DNA of 64,000 bases from Candidatus Poribacteria bacterium (GCA_963663765.2 CAXXUA010000002.1:192001-256000); one strand, 5' to 3'; shown: positions 50,371 through 61,883, numbered from the stretch's first letter. Program-made: numbers and translations. The notes: generated by a model from the letters alone, not told the origin.

Positions 50371-52290
50371 ATGAGTACGCTAATAATTGCTATATTGAGT
50401 TTTGTAGGTTTCATTGTCGCATACAATACCTATGGTAAGTGGTTAGCAAAAAGAATTTTCGGTTTAGACCCACAAGCAAAAGTACCAAGTCAAGAACTAA
50501 AAGATGATGTAGATTATGTTCCTACAAAAAAAGAGATTATTTTTGGTCATCATTTTACAAGTATAGCGGGTACAGGTCCAATCGTAGGACCAGCAATCGC
50601 AGTGTTTTGGGGATGGCTTCCTGCTCTGTTATGGGTCGTTCTCGGTTCCGTTTTCATCGGTGCAGTCCACGATTTTGGTGCATTGGTTGTTTCTCTCCGA
50701 AACAGAGGACAAAGTGTCGGTGAAGTCGCAGGCAGGATGATTGGACCTCGCGCAAAATTTCTATTCCTCTTTGTTCTCTTTATGGGTTTGACCATCGTCC
50801 TCGCAATATTTGGTTTGGTCATTGCCCTAATCTTTTCATATTATCCTGAGTCTGTCCTATCTGTCTGGATTGAAATCCCACTTGCTGTCGTTATCGGTGT
50901 TTGGATTCATCGTCAAGGTAAGAATATCCTCATACCGTCTATCGTTGCTCTCGGTATCATGTATATTGCAATGGCAGTCGGTGCGTATATTCTGCCAATT
51001 GACTTAGCCAAGTGGCTTGACATCGACTTACTTGGCAAAACTTACCTTAATGCTGTAGTTATTTGGACATTAGTGCTGTTTGTTTATTGTTTTATCGCTT
51101 CAGTGCTACCAGTTTGGACTCTTTTACAACCCCGTGATTTTATCAATAGTCATGAATTGGTATTAGCATTAGTGTTGTTAGTACTGGGTCTTGCTGTTGC
51201 AGGATTCACAGGAAAAGCAGACCTATTTGCATCCGCACCTGCAATAGCAAAAGACATTCCTCCTGATGCACCTCCGATATGGCCCTTCCTTTTCATTACG
51301 ATAGCGTGTGGGGCAGTCAGTGGTTTTCACTGCATGGTGAGTTCTGGCACTTCCAGCAAACAGGTGGAATCCGAAGATGATGCACAATACGTCGGATACG
51401 GTGCAATGTTGTTAGAGGGAGGTCTTGCAGTTGTTGTGATTATGGCTTGTTGTGCTGGAATCGGTATGGGGATCTTCGACCGTGATAATTCCGACACTGC
51501 AAGTGCTGGAGGCTATAGATTCCAAGCTGTACTCAAGGAGGGAAGTACAGAACCCATTGTGAATCAAGATGCTTGGCGGACCAGATATGCAACAGGTGAA
51601 AGTATAACAAATCCAGACGGTACTAATACAATAGTTGGAGGTGGATGGGAAAGCCACAAACTCAGAGAGAAAGTCAGTGCATTTGTTGATGGTGGTGGTA
51701 ATTTTCTTGCATCACTGGGGATTCCACTAAAAATGGGGATTGCGATTATGGCAGTACTGGTCGCAAGTTTTGCAGCGACCACACTGGATACTGCAACTCG
51801 TTTACAACGGTACGTTATACAGGAACTCGCTCAAACAGCGAATATAAAACCCCTAACAAACCGGTATATTGCAACTGCTTTTGCATTAATACTCGCTGCT
51901 GCAGTTGCCTTATTTCAAGGTCAAGGCGGTCCCGGTAGTGGTGGAATGACTCTATGGCCCCTCTTCGGCGCAACAAATCAACTATTAGCGGGTTTAGCAT
52001 TTATGGTGATCGTCTTCTATCTCGTCCGTAGAAACAAACCCATCTGGTTTGCTTTTCTGCCTATGGTAGTGATGCTTCTAATGCCTGCATGGGCAATGTT
52101 ACATCAAATGTTCAATCCGAACACTGGTTGGCTGTTTGAAGGCAAGTATCTTCTTTTCAGTTTCGGTGTTGTCATTGAAGCCTTGCAAATTTGGATGATC
52201 GCAGAAGGATTCATCGCATGGCAAAATGCGCGCGGAAATTATCCAGAATTACCTCCATTACAAACCGCAGTATCAAAAAGCAGTGCTTAA
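50371..52290 (+). CDS. cstA: Carbon starvation protein A family transporter
   Basis: FGHHFTSIAGTGPIVGP, GAVHDF, TIACGAVSGFH, TTLDTATRLQRY, WPLFGATNQLL. Confidence 0.92.
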   Translation: MSTLIIAILSFVGFIVAYNTYGKWLAKRIFGLDPQAKVPSQELKDDVDYVPTKKEIIFGHHFTSIAGTGPIVGPAIAVFWGWLPALLWVVLGSVFIGAVHDFGALVVSLRNRGQSVGEVAGRMIGPRAKFLFLFVLFMGLTIVLAIFGLVIALIFSYYPESVLSVWIEIPLAVVIGVWIHRQGKNILIPSIVALGIMYIAMAVGAYILPIDLAKWLDIDLLGKTYLNAVVIWTLVLFVYCFIASVLPVWTLLQPRDFINSHELVLALVLLVLGLAVAGFTGKADLFASAPAIAKDIPPDAPPIWPFLFITIACGAVSGFHCMVSSGTSSKQVESEDDAQYVGYGAMLLEGGLAVVVIMACCAGIGMGIFDRDNSDTASAGGYRFQAVLKEGSTEPIVNQDAWRTRYATGESITNPDGTNTIVGGGWESHKLREKVSAFVDGGGNFLASLGIPLKMGIAIMAVLVASFAATTLDTATRLQRYVIQELAQTANIKPLTNRYIATAFALILAAAVALFQGQGGPGSGGMTLWPLFGATNQLLAGLAFMVIVFYLVRRNKPIWFAFLPMVVMLLMPAWAMLHQMFNPNTGWLFEGKYLLFSFGVVIEALQIWMIAEGFIAWQNARGNYPELPPLQTAVSKSSA

Positions 52291-52417
52291 ATTTTTACCA
52301 AAAAACTTCAATATTTATTGGCAATTGTGTTATACTTGCATGCTATACTTTAATTTATATGCATCTAAAAAGACAGATGTATAAAAACATTATTTGTTCA
52401 CACTCTCGGAGGAATGC

Positions 52418-53218
52418 ATGGAACAGCATATAACAGATGAACAGTGGGAACATTTCTCGGAATACGGCTATGTTCATATCGGTCAGGTAGCAACAGATGA
52501 CGAATTATCAGAGTTACAACAACACATGGACGACATCATGCTTGGAAAAGCCCCCATAGATTATAACAAAATCATGATGCAACTGGATAGAGCGCCGGGA
52601 ACAAACGCACCCGGACCACAATCTGCTGGACATAAAGGGGTTACTTTACTTTATAGAAAAATTCAGAATCTTGAATTGGATCCATACTTCTTAAAATATC
52701 TTCAAAATACTACTTTCAAAGAAGTCTGTGCAAACATCTATGGAAAAGATGTGCCTATTCTCTGTTTCCGCGCAATGTTTATGAACAAACCCGCAGGAGA
52801 AGGTACATATCTCGTCTGGCATCAAGATAGATGGACAGACCTTGACCGAGATCCTCAGATTACAATCTATACAGCATTAGATCCCGCAACGATTGAAAAT
52901 GGATGTGTACATATTATCCCCGGCTCACATAGCGAACTCATTAATCCATCTCACGGTTCTGGTTTTCTTAATCAAGAACAGATAGATGACATCGTTGCGA
53001 ATTCAACGCCACTGCCGCTGGAATTAAAAGCAGGCGAGGTAGTCCTACTACACAATTGGATGCTACACAGTTCGGGGACAAACCAAACGGAAATTCCGCG
53101 TAGAGCTTTCAGCGTGTGCTATATGCATGGAGATACAAAATCCCATCGCGGTTCAACCTTTAGACGCGTATTCGGTGAGGGTGCTTTGACAGTTGAAGAT
53201 TTAGCGAAAACTGCATAG
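52418..53218 (+). CDS. Phytanoyl-CoA dioxygenase (PhyH) family 2OG-Fe(II) oxygenase
   Basis: WHQD, ALDPATIENGC, IPGSH, LHSSGTN...RRA; ggagga RBS before ATG 52418. Confidence 0.9.
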   Translation: MEQHITDEQWEHFSEYGYVHIGQVATDDELSELQQHMDDIMLGKAPIDYNKIMMQLDRAPGTNAPGPQSAGHKGVTLLYRKIQNLELDPYFLKYLQNTTFKEVCANIYGKDVPILCFRAMFMNKPAGEGTYLVWHQDRWTDLDRDPQITIYTALDPATIENGCVHIIPGSHSELINPSHGSGFLNQEQIDDIVANSTPLPLELKAGEVVLLHNWMLHSSGTNQTEIPRRAFSVCYMHGDTKSHRGSTFRRVFGEGALTVEDLAKTA

Positions 53219-53273
53219 AAAAAAGTTTATACACATACTTGAACAAAACTTAATATTGAATAGGGAGAATGGA

Positions 53274-54278
53274 ATGTCAAAAATTCGACTCGCCATGATT
53301 GGTTGTGGCGGTAACTCTTCAGGACATGCTCGGAGAATGAACGGAAATCCTGACGTGCAAATCGTTGGTACATGCGATGTCAATACCGATATAGCAAACA
53401 ATTACATTGACCGAAATCTATCAGACCTGACCCCGCGTCCGAAGGCTTATGATGATATAGCAAAAATGCTTGCAGATGTAAAACCGGATGCTGTCGTAAT
53501 TTCTACACCACATACATTACACTTTGAACAAGGCATGCAAGCACTTGATGCAGGATGTCACGTCTTGATGGAAAAACCGATGGTCACCTCCTCTGAAGAC
53601 GCATATACACTGGCTGAGAAAGTAGAAGAAACTGGTCGTATTTTGACAATCGGTTACAACACACCATGTTCAGCAAACTTTCACTATATCAGGGAGATTG
53701 TACGTAACAAAGAATTCGGCAAGTTAGAATTGGTCGTTGGGTACATTACACAAAACTGGAAACGTGCTACAACCGGTAAATGGCGGCAGAAACTTGCACT
53801 TTCTGGAGGTGGACAAGCTTATGATAGCGGCGCACATCTCCTAAACAGCCTGTGTTGGGCAGTGGAAGCAAAGGTTGAAGAAGTTTATGCATATACAGAC
53901 AATATGGACACCGAAGTAGATATTAATTCATCAATCAACATCAAATTTGAAAACGGTGTTCTCGCTTCAATGGTGATCAGTGGAAACTGTCCAAGTCCTG
54001 GTGGCACACACATGTCACTCATCTTTGACAATGGTAGAATTGAAGTTGATGGTTGGGGTGGTGGATGGATTCGGGTATGGAAAGGCGGAGAAGCCTTAAA
54101 TCCTCCTCCAATTTCACCTGAGATGTCAGCTGGAAATCCAGATACCAATTTCATTGATGCTATCTTAGGAAGAGCAGAACCGCGCACAAACCCATTCAAC
54201 GGCATCATTCAATCTGAACTGATGGACCTGATATACGAATCTGCAGAAAAGAAAACACCTGCGCGCCCGAAACGGTGA
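53274..54278 (+). CDS. Gfo/Idh/MocA family oxidoreductase
   Basis: IGCGG, STPHTLH, HVLMEKPM, GGGQAYDSGAH. Confidence 0.92.
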   Translation: MSKIRLAMIGCGGNSSGHARRMNGNPDVQIVGTCDVNTDIANNYIDRNLSDLTPRPKAYDDIAKMLADVKPDAVVISTPHTLHFEQGMQALDAGCHVLMEKPMVTSSEDAYTLAEKVEETGRILTIGYNTPCSANFHYIREIVRNKEFGKLELVVGYITQNWKRATTGKWRQKLALSGGGQAYDSGAHLLNSLCWAVEAKVEEVYAYTDNMDTEVDINSSINIKFENGVLASMVISGNCPSPGGTHMSLIFDNGRIEVDGWGGGWIRVWKGGEALNPPPISPEMSAGNPDTNFIDAILGRAEPRTNPFNGIIQSELMDLIYESAEKKTPARPKR

Positions 54279-54339
54279 AAAGAGAATACCTTGTAATGCT
54301 TCACAAAGCGAATTCAAATTCAATTGAAGTAGGAAAATA

Positions 54340-54600
54340 ATGGATACTTTCTTTTCGTTTCACCAAATATCATACGTAGTTTTCTTAATCTTTTTTATTA
54401 TAATGGCTTATCGTGTATTTAACTATACTGAAACTGATAAGCATGGTCGTCGTTATCGTAGACCGTTGTTCTATCCAGGGAGAATCTGTCCAGGATGCGG
54501 GTTGAAAGTTATTACGAGAATACCGTCTTGTCCTTCATGTGGTCGTGATTTCTCCCAAGACAGTGAAGGTGCAAATGTTCAGCATAAGGATAATTTCTAA
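54340..54600 (+). CDS. Small membrane protein with C-terminal zinc ribbon
   Basis: TM helix followed by CPGC...CPSC; agga RBS. Confidence 0.65.
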   Translation: MDTFFSFHQISYVVFLIFFIIMAYRVFNYTETDKHGRRYRRPLFYPGRICPGCGLKVITRIPSCPSCGRDFSQDSEGANVQHKDNF

Positions 54601-54689
54601 AATCGAATTTATACATTTTTAATTGAAACTAAATCATTACCTTATTTTTTAACTATATGCCAAAAACCACAACTCAAGGTGTAGAAAAG

Positions 54690-55610
54690 ATGTCTGATCA
54701 ACTAAATTTTAAATCTGGATACATAAGTATTATTGGAGCTGCTAATGTTGGAAAATCTACCCTACTTAACACTATCTTAGGGCAAAAATTAGCAATAGTC
54801 ACGCCAAAACCGCAAACTACACGAAACCAAATTCGTGGGATTGTCACAACTGATACACATCAAATGGTTTTTGTGGATACCCCTGGACTAATGGACCCAA
54901 AATATCGACTGCAGTCAGAAATGGTACGAACTGCTTACGGAGCTTTACGAGACGCAGATGTTGTACTATTCGTAATAGATGTCACAAATCAGAATGAAAA
55001 GATTGATGAAAAAATCTTAGAACGACTCAATGCTGAAAAAAACACCAAAAAAGTTCTCATTCTAAATAAGGTAGACTTAATAAATAAACGAAAACTACTG
55101 CCAATAATTGAAAACTACAGTGAAGAATTAGACTTTGACAATATCATACCCATCTCAGCGAAGACAGGTGACGGAGTACCAGAACTACTCATTCAGATAA
55201 AATCTTTTCTACCACCCGGACCGAGATACTTTCCAGATGACCAACTGAGCGACTTACCGGAACGTTTCTTCATCTCAGAAACTGTCAGAGAAAAAATTAT
55301 GTTGATTACACAACGGGAAGTTCCCTATGCATCAGCTGTGATCATAGAGGAATTTGAAAAAAGAAAACGACGTAAAACTGAAGATATTGTTTATATCCGA
55401 GCTATTGTATATACCGAAAAACAGACACAAAAACAGATAATAATAGGTAAAGGTGGAAAGTTAATTAAACGTGTTGGGGAATTAGCACGTCTTGAAATTG
55501 AGGAATTCTTGGACTCACCAGTCTATTTGGAATTGTATGTGACAGTAAAAGAAAATTGGCGGAGAGATGTACGGAAACTTAAAGAATTAGGCGGATTCTT
55601 AGATTTGTAA
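54690..55610 (+). CDS. era: GTPase Era
   Basis: GAANVGKST, KPQTTR, DTPG, NKVD, KH domain IIIGKGG. Confidence 0.95.
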   Translation: MSDQLNFKSGYISIIGAANVGKSTLLNTILGQKLAIVTPKPQTTRNQIRGIVTTDTHQMVFVDTPGLMDPKYRLQSEMVRTAYGALRDADVVLFVIDVTNQNEKIDEKILERLNAEKNTKKVLILNKVDLINKRKLLPIIENYSEELDFDNIIPISAKTGDGVPELLIQIKSFLPPGPRYFPDDQLSDLPERFFISETVREKIMLITQREVPYASAVIIEEFEKRKRRKTEDIVYIRAIVYTEKQTQKQIIIGKGGKLIKRVGELARLEIEEFLDSPVYLELYVTVKENWRRDVRKLKELGGFLDL

Positions 55611-55674
55611 ATACGGCTGATTAGAACTGAATAACTCCTAAAAAACTTAACTTAATAATAGAGGGAAACATACA

Positions 55675-58600
55675 ATGGCAGAAGCGTCAATTGAAATATA
55701 CGGCGCAAGAGAACATAATCTAAATAATATTGACGTGAGACTCCCCAAAGATAAACTCATTGTCTTCACAGGGGTAAGTGGTTCTGGTAAATCATCACTT
55801 GCAATTGATACACTCTATGCAGAAGGTCAAAGAAGATACATTGAATCACTTTCTGCGTACGCGAGACAGTTCTTAGGACAACTCGGTAAAGCTGAAGTAG
55901 ATAGAATTGTTGGGTTGTCACCTTCCATAGCAATTGATCAAGGTTCAACGGGTCATAATCCGCGTTCAACGGTTGCAACCGTAACCGAAATCTACGATTA
56001 TTTTCGTGTGCTTTTTGCGCGCGCAGGTGAATTCCACTGTCTTGAATGTGGTCAGAAGGTGGGATCGCAAACAATCGCGGATATCGTTTCAAACATCATG
56101 AACCTACCCCAACGTACCCGCATTATGATCTTAGCACCTATCGTCAAAGGCAGACGGGGCGAGTACAGAAAAGAGTTATCAGACGCTCGAAAAATGGGAT
56201 TTATTCGCGCCCGTATTGATGGGGAAATCCACGAAATCAACGCCAACATTGCACTTAATCCAAATCAAAGACACACCATAGACTTGGTAATTGATAGAAT
56301 CATTATTAAGGACGATGTTGAGAGCCGTGTTGCTGAAGCCGTTGAAACGGCTCTCAACATAGGAGACGATATACTCATTGTCAATGTCGTTTCCTCAGAT
56401 AATCCTTCTTCCCGAAAGCAATCAAAAGGTGAAGACTTGCTGTTTAGTCGGCAGTATTCTTGCACGAACTGTCAAGTAAGTTATAATATCCCTGAACCCC
56501 GTCATTTTTCTTACAACAGTCCTTACGGTATGTGTGAGCAGTGCCGAGGATTAGGAGTACAAATGGCAATCTCTCCGAAGTTGATTGTTGTTGATGATAA
56601 CTTACCAGTCATGAAAGGTGCTTTACTATTATGGGAAAAACCCGATTTAAACGAGAAGATGATTTTGCAAACGTTAGCAACACACCTCGGATTCAAACAA
56701 AATACGCCATGGAAGGAACTTACACACGAACAACAACATGCAATATTGTATGGTACGGGTGATACATTACTCACTTTTCGTCAACCAACTGTGAGTAATA
56801 GACGTAAGGGAAAACGTGTACGTGGAAGATTTCAAGGACTGATACCAGCACATGAACATCGATACTTATGGTTAGACGTTAATGAAGAGGGGCATGGAAA
56901 CCCTCATTTACCCGATTACTTTGTCAAGTTGCCGTGTAGAGATTGTGACGGAACCCGTTTGAACAATGTAGTAAAAGCAATTACTATAGCAGGTAAAAAC
57001 ATCACGGAAGTCCTTGATATGTCTATACAGGACTCAGCATCTTTCTTCAATACACTTGAACTACCTGAAAAACAAGCTTTCATAGCTACAGAACTCTTGA
57101 AAGAAATTCGTTCACGTCTCGGTTTCCTACTGGATGTGGGATTAGGTTATCTCACACTGTCCCGTTCCGCACCAACCTTGTCTGGTGGAGAAGCACAAAG
57201 AATACGTCTTGCAAGCCAAGTTGGTGCAGGACTACGGGATGTTACTTATGTCCTTGACGAACCAAGCATCGGTTTGCACCCTCGCGACCACGCAGGACTA
57301 CTAAAGACTTTAATGAACCTACGCAATCAAGGAAATACCGTTATCGTCGTTGAACATGACGAAGCAACTATGTTGGTAGCCGATTGGATAGTAGATTTCG
57401 GTCCCGGTGCAGGAATAAGAGGCGGGGAAATTACCGGTATGGGAACACCTGAGCAAATTATAAATGATAACGACTCACTAACAGCACAATATCTAAGGGG
57501 TGATAAAAAAATTATCCATCCTGAATCACGAAGACCAACAGGCGAAAGATGGGTACAAATCTGCAAAGCACGACAGAATAACCTAAAAGATATTAGTCCT
57601 AAAATTCCACTCGGAACGCTATGTTGTGTAACAGGGGTTAGCGGTTCTGGGAAAAGTTCTCTTATTCATGACATCCTTTACTGTGCACTCGCAAGAGACC
57701 TGATGAGAGCAAAAACTGTACCCGGAGATTACGGTACAATACAAGGTGTTGTTGATGACAAAGACGTTCCTGTCCCTGAAGTCGTGGACAAAATCATCAA
57801 CATTAATATGGCACCTATCGGACGCACACCACGTTCAAATCCTGCTACATATACAAAGGTATTTGATGCTATCCGAGCTTTCTATACAAACCTACCAGAT
57901 TCCAAACTTCGCGGATATAAACCCGGTCGGTTTAGTTTCAATGTACCCGGTGGACGATGTGAAGCATGCACTGGTAATGGTGCTAAAAAAATTGACATGG
58001 GGATACTCGCAGATGTATGGGTGGAGTGTGATGTCTGCAGTGGAAAAAGATATAACAATGAAACACTTAATATCAAATTTAAAGGGAAAAGTATTTCTGA
58101 TGTCTTACAAATGGACATTGCAACCGCTCTTGAGCATTTCGCAGACATACCCAAAATTGCAAGAGGCTTACAACTGCTTCACGATGTGGGTTTAGATTAC
58201 ATAAAACTTGGACAACCGGCACCAACCCTTTCTGGTGGGGAAGCACAACGAATTAAACTCTCAAAGGAACTTTCAAAAAGAAGTACCGGTAAAACTCTTT
58301 ATATCCTTGATGAACCTACAACAGGTTTGCACTTTGAAGATGTCAATAAGTTGTTGTCTATTCTGCACAGATTAGTTGATGAAGGCAACACAGTCGTCGT
58401 GGTTGAACACAACCTTGAAGTAATCAATTCTGCAGATTATCTGATCGATTTAGGACCAGAAGGCGGTATGGAAGGCGGAGAAATTGTAGTTGTCGGCACT
58501 CCTGAAGAAGTTATGAATATACCTGAGTCTTATACAGGACAAGCATTGCGTGGAGAATTCGATCTCTGGAAAAACATTGATAAAAAATCCACCATTGCTG

Positions 58601-61395
58601 AAAATGGCGGCATACCCAAAAACATCCTTGAGGAAACTATTTTCAATGACACTAAGACTATTTCGGTTCAAGGAGCAGAAGAAAATAATCTAAAAAATAT
58701 TGACATAGACATACCCCACCAAAGGTTAACCGCATTGACTGGTGTTAGTGGATCAGGTAAGACCTCACTCGCACTTGATACAATATATGCGGAAGGACAA
58801 CGCAGGTATATTGAGACACTCAGCACTTATGCACGTCAATTTATCGGAAGCATGGAGAAACCGAAAGTTTCAAAAATAGAAGGACTTTCACCAGCAATAG
58901 CAATCACACACTCAAGTCCAAGCCAAAACCCGCGTTCCACTGTCGCTACAATAACAGAAATACATGACGGTCTCCGTACACTATATGCCCGATGGGGACA
59001 ACCACACTGTCCAGATTGCAATGTTGAAGTCCGACCACAAACAGCGCAACAGATAGTTGAATACGTCTTTAGTCTCATGAAGAATAAACGGGTTGATGTG
59101 ATGGCACCGCTTACAAACTTCAAATCTTTTGAAGGTAATGCTGAGGTATTAATAGGCGCAGAACGTACTCCCGGACTAAAAGGTAACGAAGATTATGCAG
59201 ACGCTTTTCGTAGGTTACAAAGAATAGGTTTCGCAAGGGTACAAATTGATGGAGAGATCTTTAGACTTGATGAAACGCCAGAAATCCATAAACGTCGCAG
59301 GCACGAAGTTTTTCTCGTAATTGACCGCATTCAACTCAACGTTGATGAAAAAAGTAGACTCACAGAAGCAGTAGAATTAGCTCTGATTGAAAGTGAAGGA
59401 TTTGTTATTTTAGAGGAAAAAATAGATAAAGAAATACCTAATAGAGTTTTCTTCAGTGAACACGCAATGTGTTCAAACTGTGGACGCAACTTCCCACAAC
59501 TTACACCCAGACATTTCTCCTTTAACAATAAATTAGGAGCATGCAGTTCCTGTGATGGTATTGGAAGATCCTCTATAGATCAACAAAACACTTGTCAAAG
59601 ATGTAATGGAACACGATTAGATGAATTTCCACGCAACGTCCAATTCTCTGACAAAACAATCGCAGAACTTATGGCAATTTCAATATCTAAGACAATAGAA
59701 TTCTTTGGCACACGAATAAATACAATTGAGAAGCATCTCACGACAGCCGCTGGTTCAAAGGAAGCAAAAGCAGCAATGGAACAAGTCCGAGACGTATCTA
59801 CATCAAGAGCAACACATCCAAAACTTCACTCCCATACTTCACCCGAATTTGAAGCACAACTGTTACGTCAATTACAAATCCGCCTAAAATTCTTAGAAAA
59901 TATCGGACTCGGATACCTCGGTTTAGACCGACCCGCACCAACACTTTCTGGGGGAGAAATTAGAAGAATTCGACTCGCAAGTCAACTCGGAACTGGTCTA
60001 ACTGGTGTAACATACATACTTGACGAACCCAGTATCGGATTACACCCACGCGACCAAGAACAACTGATCCTCGCAATGAAGGATTTGCGCGATATAGGAA
60101 ATAGTGTACTCGTCGTTGAACACGATAAGGATACAATTCTATCAGCAGACCATATCATTGATTTCGGACCAAAAGCAGGAAAACAGGGTGGTGAAATAAT
60201 CGCTACCGGTACACCTGAAACCTTCACTGAATCACAACCTATTCCAATTCCTAATTCTAAAAAAACAAACAGCAACTCTGATAAGACAAAGACAAAAGCA
60301 TCTGAAAAGGGATTAACACAAGCTTATCTTTCCAATGAATTGCAAATTCCTGTACCTGCAGTCCGGCGAAAAGGTTCTGGAAAATGGTTGAAACTTTTCG
60401 GAGCAAAAACAAACAATCTAAAAGACATTGATATAGAAATCCCTTACGGAACGTTTACTTGTGTAACTGGTGTTTCAGGATGTGGAAAAAGTTCACTGAT
60501 TGAAGGTACACTCCGACCCGCACTGGAAGACAAACGCTCAATTAGAAAAGGAAACCAAAGTTCAACCAATACTTTTGGGACTCCATTGTATGATAAAATC
60601 CAAGGAATAACGCCAATTGAACGAATGATACACATAGACCAAAAACCTATAGGTGAAACACCACGGTCTAACCCAGCAACTTACACCGAACTATTTACCA
60701 AAATCCGTGAAATGTTTGCTGAATTACCTGATGCAAAACGTCGTGGATTTAACAGAGGAAGGTTTAGTTTCAATCTATCTTATGGGCAGTGTGAAGAGTG
60801 TGACGGACACCGTTACAATCGCATAGAGATGCATTTCTTACCAGATGTATGGATACCGTGCGAAAACTGCAACAGCACAGGATACAACGCTGAAACGCTT
60901 GAAGTAAGGTACAAAGGTAAGAATATCGCAGAAGTTCTACAAATGACGGTACAAGAAGCTCTTGACCTATTTAGTAATATTGCAAGAATAAAACGACCAC
61001 TTCAAACATTAGCAGATGTCGGTTTAGACTATATTCAATTAGGACAAGCAGCCACTACACTCTCCGGTGGAGAAGCACAACGCGTCAAACTCGCAAAAGA
61101 ATTAGCACGTCGTCAAACAGGTACCACGCTCTATATCATGGATGAACCAACAACGGGTTTGCATTTTGATGACGTTCAAAAGCTGCTCAACGTACTCAAC
61201 AAACTTGTTGATGCAGGCAACACGATTGTTGCTATAGAACACAATCTGGATGTTATCAAATCTGCTGATTGGCTAATAGATTTGGGACCAGAAGGAAGTG
61301 ACGCCGGTGGTTATATTGTTGCAATGGGTACTCCTGAAGAAGTTGCAGAGAACAAAGAATCACACACCGCACGTTTCCTCAGTAAGATATTATAG
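55675..61395 (+). CDS. uvrA: Excinuclease ABC subunit A, double-length (tandem UvrA-UvrA)
   Basis: Four Walker A motifs (GVSGSGKSS twice, GVSGSGKTS, GVSGCGKSS), four LSGGE signatures, two EGQRRYIE motifs, zinc fingers; 1906 aa. Confidence 0.93.
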   Translation: MAEASIEIYGAREHNLNNIDVRLPKDKLIVFTGVSGSGKSSLAIDTLYAEGQRRYIESLSAYARQFLGQLGKAEVDRIVGLSPSIAIDQGSTGHNPRSTVATVTEIYDYFRVLFARAGEFHCLECGQKVGSQTIADIVSNIMNLPQRTRIMILAPIVKGRRGEYRKELSDARKMGFIRARIDGEIHEINANIALNPNQRHTIDLVIDRIIIKDDVESRVAEAVETALNIGDDILIVNVVSSDNPSSRKQSKGEDLLFSRQYSCTNCQVSYNIPEPRHFSYNSPYGMCEQCRGLGVQMAISPKLIVVDDNLPVMKGALLLWEKPDLNEKMILQTLATHLGFKQNTPWKELTHEQQHAILYGTGDTLLTFRQPTVSNRRKGKRVRGRFQGLIPAHEHRYLWLDVNEEGHGNPHLPDYFVKLPCRDCDGTRLNNVVKAITIAGKNITEVLDMSIQDSASFFNTLELPEKQAFIATELLKEIRSRLGFLLDVGLGYLTLSRSAPTLSGGEAQRIRLASQVGAGLRDVTYVLDEPSIGLHPRDHAGLLKTLMNLRNQGNTVIVVEHDEATMLVADWIVDFGPGAGIRGGEITGMGTPEQIINDNDSLTAQYLRGDKKIIHPESRRPTGERWVQICKARQNNLKDISPKIPLGTLCCVTGVSGSGKSSLIHDILYCALARDLMRAKTVPGDYGTIQGVVDDKDVPVPEVVDKIININMAPIGRTPRSNPATYTKVFDAIRAFYTNLPDSKLRGYKPGRFSFNVPGGRCEACTGNGAKKIDMGILADVWVECDVCSGKRYNNETLNIKFKGKSISDVLQMDIATALEHFADIPKIARGLQLLHDVGLDYIKLGQPAPTLSGGEAQRIKLSKELSKRSTGKTLYILDEPTTGLHFEDVNKLLSILHRLVDEGNTVVVVEHNLEVINSADYLIDLGPEGGMEGGEIVVVGTPEEVMNIPESYTGQALRGEFDLWKNIDKKSTIAENGGIPKNILEETIFNDTKTISVQGAEENNLKNIDIDIPHQRLTALTGVSGSGKTSLALDTIYAEGQRRYIETLSTYARQFIGSMEKPKVSKIEGLSPAIAITHSSPSQNPRSTVATITEIHDGLRTLYARWGQPHCPDCNVEVRPQTAQQIVEYVFSLMKNKRVDVMAPLTNFKSFEGNAEVLIGAERTPGLKGNEDYADAFRRLQRIGFARVQIDGEIFRLDETPEIHKRRRHEVFLVIDRIQLNVDEKSRLTEAVELALIESEGFVILEEKIDKEIPNRVFFSEHAMCSNCGRNFPQLTPRHFSFNNKLGACSSCDGIGRSSIDQQNTCQRCNGTRLDEFPRNVQFSDKTIAELMAISISKTIEFFGTRINTIEKHLTTAAGSKEAKAAMEQVRDVSTSRATHPKLHSHTSPEFEAQLLRQLQIRLKFLENIGLGYLGLDRPAPTLSGGEIRRIRLASQLGTGLTGVTYILDEPSIGLHPRDQEQLILAMKDLRDIGNSVLVVEHDKDTILSADHIIDFGPKAGKQGGEIIATGTPETFTESQPIPIPNSKKTNSNSDKTKTKASEKGLTQAYLSNELQIPVPAVRRKGSGKWLKLFGAKTNNLKDIDIEIPYGTFTCVTGVSGCGKSSLIEGTLRPALEDKRSIRKGNQSSTNTFGTPLYDKIQGITPIERMIHIDQKPIGETPRSNPATYTELFTKIREMFAELPDAKRRGFNRGRFSFNLSYGQCEECDGHRYNRIEMHFLPDVWIPCENCNSTGYNAETLEVRYKGKNIAEVLQMTVQEALDLFSNIARIKRPLQTLADVGLDYIQLGQAATTLSGGEAQRVKLAKELARRQTGTTLYIMDEPTTGLHFDDVQKLLNVLNKLVDAGNTIVAIEHNLDVIKSADWLIDLGPEGSDAGGYIVAMGTPEEVAENKESHTARFLSKIL

Positions 61396-61472
61396 AATAT
61401 TATCGGTCTGCCACTTGTGAAATTTCCAACCTTAAGAAACGAAAGAGTTGATAGACTGTATTTATGTCTAAT

Positions 61473-61837
61473 CAGGGTTATTTAGTTTTAGTAGTTTTTG
61501 CAGATATTTATAACATTCGTGAATTAGATGTGTAGGTCGGGTAGAGCGATAGCGAAACCCATAGGTGTCAACTTAAGAAAAAAGTGTTGGCATATTCTCT
61601 TGTGGGAGGGGTTTGTAACCCCGATTTGAGTGGAAATGAACATAAAATCGGGGTTGCAAACCCCTCCCACAAGAGGTCAGAATCCTTAAGTTGACACCTA
61701 TGGGTAGAGCGATAGCGAAACCCGACATGTATTGATTGTAGTTGTCATGTCGGGTTTCGCTATCGCTCTACCCGACCTACGATATAAACTTAAAGTAACA
61801 CCCATCAACTGATAATTCTTAAAACTAAATAACCCTG
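61473..61837. mobile_element. CAGGG-ended MITE containing a GTAG REPIN and a nested CATAGG element
   Basis: TIR cagggttatttagtttta / taaaactaaataaccctg; tgtctaat at 61465-61472 and 61839-61846. Confidence 0.82.
61560..61702. mobile_element. 143-bp CATAGG-ended MITE inserted in a REP hairpin
   Basis: TIR cataggtgtcaacttaag / cttaagttgacacctatg; 20-bp direct repeat ggtagagcgatagcgaaacc (61540-61559, 61703-61722). Confidence 0.85.
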
Positions 61838-61854
61838 CTGTCTAATTCTATTAG

Positions 61855-61883
61855 TTGACCTAATTCTTCATTTGTGCTATGAT
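61855..61883 (+). promoter_or_regulatory. Putative sigma70 promoter of the ferredoxin-GGR operon
   Basis: ttgacc-17 bp-tatgat with extended -10 TG, about 40 bp before the ferredoxin ATG. Confidence 0.6.
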
